Assembly (NCBI GenBank): GCA_964490075.1
Contig: CAZBBK010000031.1
Span: forward strand, 1-63,829
DNA: 63,829 nt
Direction of reading: 5' to 3'
From: an uncultured Gemmatimonadota bacterium
GTDB lineage: Bacteria > GCA-2686955
Position 1 is the first letter of the stretch. Each line of letters starts with the position of its first letter. This document shows positions 54,592-63,829 of the stretch, piece by piece. The notes beneath the pieces are model-generated. The model did no database searches and was not told the origin of the DNA. It was given only the letters and a program-made list of their open reading frames with translations. The translations under genes and the position numbers were made by a program.

Positions 54592-56916
54592 TCAGCGCAC
54601 GCCGAACACCACCCGCACCGTGAGCGCTTCCCCCTCGATCGCCAACCGTCGGTTCTCCAGAGCGAATTCCTCCCCCGCCCAGGAGCCCTCCGGCCCCGAG
54701 TTGCTGAACTTGTATTCCACCTCGGTCCACTGCGGCAGGGCCACGCGCAGCGACCAGATGCCGTCGCCGGGATGTCGATCGCCTGCGCGCCCATCGTCGC
54801 GCATCGCCACGCGGTTCGGGATCCAGGACCCCAGTGCGGTGTCTCCGCCCACCACGTAGATCCGCTCCGCCACTTCGAGCGCCGAGCAATCGACCTCGAA
54901 GAGCACTTCGCTGCGGGCTCGCGCCATGGTCCCTCCGAGGGCGGGCGCCCGCTCGCCCCGCTCGACCAGAAACGACTCGAACTCGCCCACTCCCAGCGGG
55001 TGGCCGGCGCGCGCCGCCCAGTGGTCCACCGCAGCGAGCAGAGCTCGGAAGCTCCGATCGAAGGGATCGTCGCCGCCGCCGATCTCCTGGTCGGCTCCGT
55101 ACCACCAGAACCAGTCCGAGCCTTCGGCCGCCAGCATCGCCTGCCAGGCCTCCCACTCGGCGCGCTCGATCGATCCCGGGGCCGGCACCGGGGCGCGCGG
55201 ATCGGGGGGCGCGATGCCGGTCGCCGCCAGCGCCGAGCGCACCGCCCCCAACGCCTCCCAGGCGGCGTTCTCCTCGTCCTCGCCGATCCAGGTGGCGAAG
55301 CTGGCACCGATCCAGGAGCCGGCCCAGAGCGGCTCCAGCTCCGGCAGATCGGCGATTCGATGGGCTGCGATGCCGCGGCGCGGGTTGCCGCTCAGGTACT
55401 CGCTCGGCGTGACCGTGCGCAGCACTCCGGCCCTGTCGAGGCGCTCCAGGCGACGGTAGAGCGCGTCGAGAAAGCCCTTGCCGTCGGGATCGTTCCGATA
55501 CCACTCCCAGGCGTTCTCTCCATCGAGAATCACCGTGATCAGCACATCGTCGCCGACGGCGAGGGCTCCGGCCCGGCGCGCCTCGGCGGCGGCTTCCAGC
55601 ACCCCGTCCACGAAGTCGGCCGCCGTCTCCTCCCCGTCGGGGGGTCCCGACTGGTAGTCGAAGCCGATTCGGTCGGAGAGGTCGGTGTCGCGGAAGAAGA
55701 CCGCCAGCATCCGCTCGTCCGGAGCGCTTCCCGGTTCCTTCCCCGAGTCGACCCGGTAGGGAGCGACCGGCAGCCGGCCGCTCGGCGAGGAGCGCCGCAG
55801 CACCTCCTGATCGGTGGCGATCCAGCGCAATCCGGCGCCCGCCAGAGGCGCAATCACCGCCTCGGCGACCGATCCCTCGGCCGGCCAGAAGCCGGCCGGA
55901 GGCGCGCCGAAGAGGCGCTCGAAGGTGGCGGCCCCCATCCGCACCTGCAGGTCGGCGTCTTCCGGGAAGGCGAAGCGCTTCGGCAGCGGCTCGCCCGGCT
56001 GGGCCCACGCCGCCAGGTCGCTGTCGACCAAGAGCGGCAGGATGGGATGGGTGAAAGGGGTGGTGATCAGCTCGATCTGCCCCTCACCGCTGCCAGGGTC
56101 GTAGCGCAGCGCGCGGTGCTGGGGCACCACGGCGGCCATGACGCGCCACGACTCGGCCACCAGGCGGCGGGTCAGAGGCAACGAGGGCGGCGCCCGGAAA
56201 CGGAAGCGGTTCGGCGCCGGCTCCGCGACGATGTCGCTGAGGTCGACCCGCCCCCCGTCCGGCAGCTTCACCGGTCCGCGCAGGAAGTCGGGGTCGAAGT
56301 TCAGCACATAGAAATGGGCCAGCAGCGAGCGCAGATCGCCTCGGTCCAGGGAATCGGGCACGGCCTCCAGCAGGCGCGTCATCGCGGGCCAGCGGGCGGC
56401 GATCACCGGCGACACCGAGCGGGCCGACCATCCGCCGCCGATGACGCGCTTGAGATCCGCGTCATCCCAGTCCTCGGTCGGCGTCAAGGCCAGGTCGATC
56501 CAGGGGTCGGTGCGGCCGCGCCAGCGGGCCAGGAAGGCGGCTGCGTCGATGCGCGCCGGGCCCGCGTCATCCGGTCCGCTGACGAAGGGCCCGATGCGTT
56601 CCACGTAGTAGCTCTGGAGCTGCAGCAGCAGCGTCGAGGTGAGGTTGATCGTGGCATGGACGCGCGGGTAGCGGCCGATCATGGCCGCCATGTCGAAGTA
56701 GTCCTTGGTGGCGTGGGTGCGGACCCAGGGGGCGCGCAGGCCGTCGGTGGCGGGATCGAGGTAGAGAGGTTGGTGCTGGTGCCAGATCAGCGCCAGATGG
56801 ACCGGGCTCCGGTTGGTGTGCGGGGTTTCGGTCGCGGCCGGCGCCTCGGCACGCGCGCAGCCCAGGGCAACGAGCGCCACGGCGAACAACACGGCGAGCG
56901 CCGCGCGAGCGCTCAC
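54592..56916 (-). CDS. GH57 amylopullulanase-like lipoprotein with C-terminal CBM20-like domain
   Basis: Lipobox ALGC, WHQHQP, WVRTHATKDY, FWPAEG, LDGENAWE, AEGSDWFWW, then IYVVG...LGSW...EYKF...NR. GTG 56916. Confidence 0.92.
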   Translation of the reverse strand: MSARAALAVLFAVALVALGCARAEAPAATETPHTNRSPVHLALIWHQHQPLYLDPATDGLRAPWVRTHATKDYFDMAAMIGRYPRVHATINLTSTLLLQLQSYYVERIGPFVSGPDDAGPARIDAAAFLARWRGRTDPWIDLALTPTEDWDDADLKRVIGGGWSARSVSPVIAARWPAMTRLLEAVPDSLDRGDLRSLLAHFYVLNFDPDFLRGPVKLPDGGRVDLSDIVAEPAPNRFRFRAPPSLPLTRRLVAESWRVMAAVVPQHRALRYDPGSGEGQIELITTPFTHPILPLLVDSDLAAWAQPGEPLPKRFAFPEDADLQVRMGAATFERLFGAPPAGFWPAEGSVAEAVIAPLAGAGLRWIATDQEVLRRSSPSGRLPVAPYRVDSGKEPGSAPDERMLAVFFRDTDLSDRIGFDYQSGPPDGEETAADFVDGVLEAAAEARRAGALAVGDDVLITVILDGENAWEWYRNDPDGKGFLDALYRRLERLDRAGVLRTVTPSEYLSGNPRRGIAAHRIADLPELEPLWAGSWIGASFATWIGEDEENAAWEALGAVRSALAATGIAPPDPRAPVPAPGSIERAEWEAWQAMLAAEGSDWFWWYGADQEIGGGDDPFDRSFRALLAAVDHWAARAGHPLGVGEFESFLVERGERAPALGGTMARARSEVLFEVDCSALEVAERIYVVGGDTALGSWIPNRVAMRDDGRAGDRHPGDGIWSLRVALPQWTEVEYKFSNSGPEGSWAGEEFALENRRLAIEGEALTVRVVFGVR

Positions 56917-57752
56917 CCCACGATCTCCACGCCGCTCGGATCCGGAACCAGTCCGGCCCGGTGACCCCGCTCGAGGAAGGTCTCGATCGCGCGCCGGCCG
57001 CGCTCTCCGAGAGAGACCGTCAGCTCGTTCACGTACATGCCCACGAAGCGATCGGCTCGCTCGGAATCGATGCCGCGCCCGAAGCCACGCGCGTGCTCCA
57101 GCGCCTCGGCGCGGTGCTCGAGCCCGTAGCGGATCGATCGTCCCACCACCCTCGCCACCGCCGCTTCCCGCGCCGGGTCGAGGCCGCGGCGTATCGCGTT
57201 GACGCCGAGCGGCAGCGGCAGTCCGGTGTCCGCCTGCCACCACTCCCCGAGGTCGATGACGCGCGTCAACCCGTGATCGGCGTAGGTGAGCTGCCCCTCG
57301 TGAATCACCAGGCCGGCGTCGAATTCACCGGCCGCGACGGCGTCCAGAATGGTGTCGAAGGGCCGATGCTCGGCGGGCGGCGTCGCGCCCAGCGCCAGGC
57401 GCAGCGCCAGCCAGGCCGATGTCTGAAAGCCCGGGATGGCGATGCGCGTCCGGCGCAGCCCCGCCACCGGCAAGGGCTCACGAGCCACCACCACGGGACC
57501 GCAACCCTCACCGAGCGATGCCCCGGAATCTAGGATCTTGTAGCGCTCGGCCAGCGCCGGCAAGACGGCGACCGAGAGCGCGCTGAGATCGAGCAGGGGA
57601 TCATCCAGACCGCGCCGATTCAGGCTCTCCACGTCGTCCGCGCCGATCTCGAACTCGATCCCCTCGCTGTCGATCAACCCGTGGGTCAGGGCGTAGAACA
57701 TGAAGGCATCGTCGGGATCGGGGCTGTGCGCCAGGCGGATGGTCCCGCTCAC
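56913..57752 (-). CDS. mqnD: 1,4-dihydroxy-6-naphthoate synthase (futalosine menaquinone pathway)
   Basis: LAHSPDPDDAFMFY, GLVIHEGQLTY, DLGEWW..TGLPLPLG, MYVNE. GTG 57752. Confidence 0.93.
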   Translation of the reverse strand: MSGTIRLAHSPDPDDAFMFYALTHGLIDSEGIEFEIGADDVESLNRRGLDDPLLDLSALSVAVLPALAERYKILDSGASLGEGCGPVVVAREPLPVAGLRRTRIAIPGFQTSAWLALRLALGATPPAEHRPFDTILDAVAAGEFDAGLVIHEGQLTYADHGLTRVIDLGEWWQADTGLPLPLGVNAIRRGLDPAREAAVARVVGRSIRYGLEHRAEALEHARGFGRGIDSERADRFVGMYVNELTVSLGERGRRAIETFLERGHRAGLVPDPSGVEIVG

Positions 57753-58768
57753 GGGTTCCTCTGCATCTCGCGAAAGGGGGTCGATGCGGCGCGCCGCCGC
57801 GCTCGGGCCCGAGGGATGTCGAGCCCGTCGGCCTTCTCCAGGAAGGTGACCAGCTCGCTCCCCACTTGCTCCGGCTCCAGGGTGGAGGGCCGGGGACCCG
57901 ACACCAGGTGCACCAGCGGCCGCGACAGGTCGGTGTCGGCGCGCCAGCCGGCCTGGTCCAGCTCGGCCAGGCGCGCGGCCAGGGCACCGACTCGGTGGCG
58001 ATCGGGCGGATCGGAGGATTCGACGTCGAAGTGCGACTCCACCTCGTAGCTGAACACATGGTCCCAGCCGACCGCCATCCTCTGGCTCACCAGAGTGCGG
58101 GATTCCCAGGTCACGGTGCGCAAAGCGCGGCGATCGATCGGTCCGTCGCAGACCAAATGCACCAGGTCGAGATCGACGTCGCGCAGCACGAGGGAATGGC
58201 GCTTGCGCCGGTAGGCCTCCAGCCAGGCCTGCGTCATCGCCAGCGAGCGGCGCCAGCACTCGGGTTGGATCGCCGGCTCGGCGAGCAGGTGTGGCAGGTG
58301 GCGCAGGGCGTACTCGAAGCAGATCTGTTCCCGGGCCAGCGGCTGGTGCACCGAGCGCAACGCGGTGCGCAGCTCGCGCGGCGGTTGCTCGGCCCAGCTC
58401 TGCAGGGTCAGAGCCACGCGCACCGCATCCTCGGTGTTCAGGCAGCCGTAGTCGGCCGCGGTCGCGGCCTCGAGGATCAGATCTCGGTCCTCGACCGCGG
58501 CATGGCCGTCCAGGAAGAGATGCACCGCCAGCACCGCCGCGGGGGTGTATTGGGTCGCCGCCAGCGTTCCGTAGTCGGCGACCAGGCGGTCGCGGGCCGC
58601 GCCGTCATCGAGCAGGCGGTCGATCACTCCGGCCGCGGTGTCGGCCCGGTAGTCATCCGGAGTGCGATTGCCGACCCGGTGGCTGAAGTTGGGACCGCGC
58701 GGCGCAATCCCGTCGATGCTGACCAGCACCCGCTCGGCCCGCACCGGATCGACCAGAATGAAGCGCAT
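57749..58768 (-). CDS. Conserved hypothetical protein (resembles DUF6687, from recall)
   Basis: SIDG...FSH..GNRTP..YRADT and AATAADYG patterns; translationally coupled to mqnD. Confidence 0.55.
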   Translation of the reverse strand: MRFILVDPVRAERVLVSIDGIAPRGPNFSHRVGNRTPDDYRADTAAGVIDRLLDDGAARDRLVADYGTLAATQYTPAAVLAVHLFLDGHAAVEDRDLILEAATAADYGCLNTEDAVRVALTLQSWAEQPPRELRTALRSVHQPLAREQICFEYALRHLPHLLAEPAIQPECWRRSLAMTQAWLEAYRRKRHSLVLRDVDLDLVHLVCDGPIDRRALRTVTWESRTLVSQRMAVGWDHVFSYEVESHFDVESSDPPDRHRVGALAARLAELDQAGWRADTDLSRPLVHLVSGPRPSTLEPEQVGSELVTFLEKADGLDIPRARARRRAASTPFREMQRNP

Positions 58769-58804
58769 CGGTCCCCTCTCCTCGACGCCGGTCCCCGCCG
58801 GACT

Positions 58805-60285
<1,481 letters not shown>

Positions 60286-60289
<4 letters not shown>

Positions 60290-61665
60290 TTCCGTCCCTC
60301 TTCGATGCTGCGGATCTTCTCGATGATCTCGACTTCGGTGGGCAGCACGCCGCCCATATGACGCAGGCTGTGAAGCCGCACCCCGCTCAGATCGGCGTGG
60401 TGCAGCGCCAGGCGCAGCTCGTCTTCGAGCTGCCCATTGCTGGCCTCGACCACCAGTAGATCGCTCAGGTGGTCCCACTCGTCGCGCAGTGCGTCGATCG
60501 GGAAGGGCCACAGGGTGACCGGCTGGAAGAGCGCCAGCGGCAGTCCTTCGCGGCGCAGCGTCTCGACCGCTCCCTTGGCCATGCGCGCCGGGGTGTTGCA
60601 GGCCATCACCAGGATCTTGGCGCCGGGATCGCCGTGGCGCTTGGCGCGTTGCTCGCGCGCCGTCATGCGCTGGAACTTGTCGACCAGGTGCTCGTTGTGG
60701 ATCTCCTGGTCGCGCTCATCCAGCAGGATCGATGAGATCAGGTTGCCGCGATGGTCGCGGTCGCCCCAGACCGCCCACGAGGGGCGTCCCGCCTCGACCA
60801 TGTGGGAAGGCAGGGTGACGCGGCCGGTCATCTGCCCCAGGTAGCCGTCGGCCAGAACCACCACCGGGTTGCGGTACTCGAAGGCGAGCCGGAAGGCGTC
60901 CATGGTGAGGTCGAGCATCTCCTGCGGCGTAGTCGGCGCCAGCACCATGGCGTAGGTGTTGCCGTGGCCCAGGCCGCGGCAGGCCAGCTTGATATCGCCC
61001 TGCTCCGGGGCGATGTTGCCGAGCCCGGGACCGCCACGCATCACGTCTATGAACACCGCCGGGATCTCGCCGCCGATCATGTAGCTGATCCCCTCGAGCA
61101 TGAGGCTGAAACCCGGGGAGCTGGTGAAGGTCAGACTCGGCTTGCCGGCGGCGCCGCAGCCGAACATGTGGTTGACGGTCGCGATCTCGCTGATCGCCTG
61201 CAGGAAGACGCCGTCGAGCTGCGGCAGCACGGCCGCCATGTACTCCGCGCCCTCGGTCGAGGGGGTGATCGGATAGCCGAAGACGTGCCGGCAGCCGCCC
61301 AGGATCGCTCCGACGGCGGCGGCGAAGTTCCCCTTGAGCACCAGGGGCTCGGTTTTCGGCAGCGCGATGTGTCGATCGGGGATCGGGTCGGGCTGGGGCG
61401 GCGCGGGGCGCTCGAAAGTCGGCTCGGTCAGCACGTAGGGCTGATCTTCGTGGACCAGACCGTAGGGCTCGGGGCAGGCCTCGACGCACAGGTTGCAGCC
61501 GTTGCACTCCTCCAGGTCGAGGGTCACCGGAACGTGCCCCGAGAGCTGGTTGATCTCGCTTCCGAGAGCGATGCAGTGCTTGGGGCACGATTCGATACAG
61601 CGTCCGCAACCCTTGCACAGCTCGTGAACCAGAAGCGGCTTGGGCCGCTTCGAGACCTTGGGCAT
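60286..61665 (-). CDS. 2-oxoacid:ferredoxin oxidoreductase, ferredoxin(delta)-alpha fusion
   Basis: CKGCGRCIESCP and CNGCNLCVEACP, GYPITP, SSPGFSL, RGGPGLGNI. Confidence 0.93.
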
Positions 61666-61763
61666 TGCCTGACTCCAACAGTGATGCGCGCCCTAACTGG
61701 TTTTGCAGCGGGCCTTGACGAAGGTCTCGTGCAACCTCCGTGCCCGCGTCAGCGCGCATCGAT

Positions 61764-61786
61764 CTTCTTGGACAACTTCTTGGACA
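61764..61786 (+). repeat. Perfect 11-bp direct repeat CTTCTTGGACA x2 (12-bp period)
   Basis: Copies at 61764-61774 and 61776-61786 in the divergent intergenic region. Confidence 0.8.
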
Positions 61787-61793
61787 GTAACTC

Positions 61794-61821
61794 TTTACGT
61801 GCGCGATTGCTAGTCCATAAT
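61794..61821 (+). promoter_or_regulatory. Candidate sigma-70 promoter for the aldehyde dehydrogenase
   Basis: TTTACG-N16-CATAAT in an AT-richer patch about 150 bp upstream of the ATG. Confidence 0.4.
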
Positions 61822-61972
61822 CGGCCCGGTGGGACACGAGATGACAGCCTGGCACAGCCGAGACGGCGCGGCGCGGCGCTACGGCCCAGGAGGCTCTTGG
61901 GCTAGAATCTCTGCGCGCCCCGATCGACTCGGAAGCAGGGCGCCGCCCACCCCCTACGGTTCAGGAAGTCCC

Positions 61973-63451
61973 ATGCAGACCCTCGCCCGCCCGGTTCCGG
62001 AGCACACCCGCCTCTACATCGGCGGCGAGTGGAAAGAGGCCCTCTCGGGCCACACCATTGCCACCGAGGATCCATCCACCGGTCAGGTCGTGGCTCAAGT
62101 CGCCGAGGCCGGGCCGGAGGATATCGACCTGGCGGTGACCGCCGCGCGCCGCGCCTTCGATGGCGAGGGTTGGCGCCTGATGCCGGAGGCCAAGCGCGGC
62201 CGCCTGCTGCGCGAGGTCGCCGAGCAGATCCTCGAGCATCGCCAGGAGCTGGCCGAGCTGGAATCGGTCGACAGCGGCAAGCCGATCAACGAAACGCTGA
62301 ACATCGACATCCCGCTGGCCGCCGAAACCTTCCACTACTTCGCCGGCTGGTACGGCAAGATCGGCGGCGCCACCACCCCCGTCGCGCCGCGCTATTTCCA
62401 CTACACGTTGCGCGAGCCTATCGGGGTCTGTGCCCTGATCGTGCCTTGGAATTTCCCGCTCCTTTTGGCCGCCCGCAAGCTGGCACCGGCGCTGGTGGCC
62501 GGCAACACGGTGGTGCTCAAGCCGGCGCCCCAGACTCCGCTCACGGCGCTGCGCCTGGCGGCGATCTTCGACGAGGTCGGCTTCCCCATCGGGGTGGTCA
62601 ACGTGGTGCCGGGCACCGGCAGCGGAGCCGGCGAGGCGCTGGTGGCGCATCCCGGCGTCGACAAGATCTCGGTCACCGGGTCGACCGAGACCGGCCAGGC
62701 GGTGATGCGCGCGGCGGCCCAGAACATCACCAAGCTCTCGCTGGAGCTGGGCGGCAAGTCGCCCAATATCGTGCTCGACGACGCCGATCTCGAGGCGGCG
62801 GCGCGCGGCATCCAGGGCGGCATCTTCTACAACAAGGGCGAGGTCTGCACCGCCGGCTCGCGGCTCTTCGTGCAGAGCTCGGTGCACGACGTGCTGGTGG
62901 AGCGCCTGACCGAGCGCGCCAAGAAGATGGCCACCCGCCAGGGCGACGTGCTCGACGCCGCCACCCGCCTCGGCCCCCAGGTGTCGCAGGGGCAGCTCGA
63001 CAACGCGATGCGCTACGTCGACATCGGCCAGGAAGAGGGCGCCGATCTGGCGGTCGGCGGGCGCCGCGCCCATCCCCTGGGCGACGAGGTCGGCTACTTC
63101 CTCGAGCCGACCATCTTCTGCGACGTGACCAACGAGATGCGCATCGCCCGTGAGGAGATCTTCGGACCGGTGCTCTCGGTGATCCGTTTCGACGATCTGG
63201 GCGACGCCATCGCCCAGGGCAACAACTCGCTCTATGGCCTGGCCGCCGGAGTCTGGACCCGCGATCTCAGACGCGCCCAGCGAGCCGCCCGCGACCTCCA
63301 GGCCGGCACGGTCTGGATCAACTGCTACAACGTTTTCGACGCCGCGGCGCCGTACGGCGGCTACAAACGCTCCGGCTTCGGGCGCGAGAACGGTTACGCG
63401 GCGATCGAGCACTACACCCAGCTCAAGTCGGTGATCATCGATCTGGCGTGA
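61973..63451 (+). CDS. NAD(P)-dependent aldehyde dehydrogenase
   Basis: PWNFP, LKPA, TGST, LELGGKSP, GEVCTAGSR (catalytic Cys), EEIFGPV, GGYKRSGFGRE. ATG 61973. Confidence 0.96.
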   Translation: MQTLARPVPEHTRLYIGGEWKEALSGHTIATEDPSTGQVVAQVAEAGPEDIDLAVTAARRAFDGEGWRLMPEAKRGRLLREVAEQILEHRQELAELESVDSGKPINETLNIDIPLAAETFHYFAGWYGKIGGATTPVAPRYFHYTLREPIGVCALIVPWNFPLLLAARKLAPALVAGNTVVLKPAPQTPLTALRLAAIFDEVGFPIGVVNVVPGTGSGAGEALVAHPGVDKISVTGSTETGQAVMRAAAQNITKLSLELGGKSPNIVLDDADLEAAARGIQGGIFYNKGEVCTAGSRLFVQSSVHDVLVERLTERAKKMATRQGDVLDAATRLGPQVSQGQLDNAMRYVDIGQEEGADLAVGGRRAHPLGDEVGYFLEPTIFCDVTNEMRIAREEIFGPVLSVIRFDDLGDAIAQGNNSLYGLAAGVWTRDLRRAQRAARDLQAGTVWINCYNVFDAAAPYGGYKRSGFGRENGYAAIEHYTQLKSVIIDLA

Positions 63452-63521
63452 CGGCAGCGCCCCTCCCACGCGCGGGCGGAGCTTGGCGCTGCCGGGAGCC
63501 ACGCACCGAAAGAGCTCCAAC

Positions 63522-63671
63522 TTGACACTTCCCGCACCGAGCGGGATTCAGTTTGACATTTGGGGCCGAGCTGCTGGCGAAAAGCGCTCCCAGAGCGCCC
63601 CAAAGGAGCGATATCGGTCAAATCCGCCTCCCGATGTCAAATCGAACCGCGCTCGGTGCGGGAGATGTCAA
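63522..63671. repeat. 150-bp element with 38-bp imperfect terminal inverted repeats
   Basis: 63522-63559 matches the reverse complement of 63634-63671 at 32/38 positions by manual alignment. Internal stem TTTGGGGC...GCCCCAAA. Confidence 0.8.
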
Positions 63672-63781
63672 ATTCAGACGCTCTGGACGTGCGTGCGCGA
63701 GGCGGCGGCCCGCACCCGCGCGGCGCTCGGGGGGCGGACCGCCGATCCGCGGCCGCGGGTCGAAACGCGTCGGAAACGGGG

Positions 63782-63810
63782 TTGACAGCGCCGCCCGAAT
63801 CTCCCACGCT
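63782..63810 (+). promoter_or_regulatory. Candidate sigma-70 promoter for a gene beyond the right edge
   Basis: Perfect TTGACA, 17-bp spacer, weak -10 CACGCT. Confidence 0.35.
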
Positions 63811-63829
63811 CGAAATCGTCAAGTCCAAA

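Overview
Ordinary-looking chromosomal DNA from a very GC-rich diderm bacterium. A full-length SprA/Sov-type translocon suggests the FCB group (inference). One 10-N assembly gap lies at 17942-17951. From 236 to 32706 every gene is on the minus strand: sprA, M28 peptidase, comEA, a PilS/PilR-like two-component pair, yitJ, a pilin-like gene, pilD, pilMNOP, a PilQ-like gene with no secretin domain, rsmD, upp, coaD, pta, obgE, dprA, ROK and PfkB kinases, a degenerate phosphoesterase/thioredoxin lipoprotein, a UbiB kinase, a beta-barrel protein and a DAG-kinase-family gene. Next come a plus-strand Ser/Thr kinase-AAA-TPR-GAF-His kinase hybrid, iorAB and ppdK. A four-gene polysaccharide-export island carries two in-frame stops. 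An alpha-glucan uptake operon follows (GH57 and GH13 lipoproteins, MalE-MalF fusion, MalG), then mqnD, a fused two-gene 2-oxoacid:ferredoxin oxidoreductase and an aldehyde dehydrogenase. The window ends with an unexplained 150-bp element bounded by 38-bp inverted repeats. I found no rRNA, tRNA, CRISPR array or transposase. The best leads are the secretin-less pilus/competence set next to sprA, the inverted-repeat element, the pseudo-enzyme/redox lipoprotein and the all-lipoprotein glucan system. All calls come from reading motifs by eye; no searches were run, and many start codons were reassigned from the ORF track.
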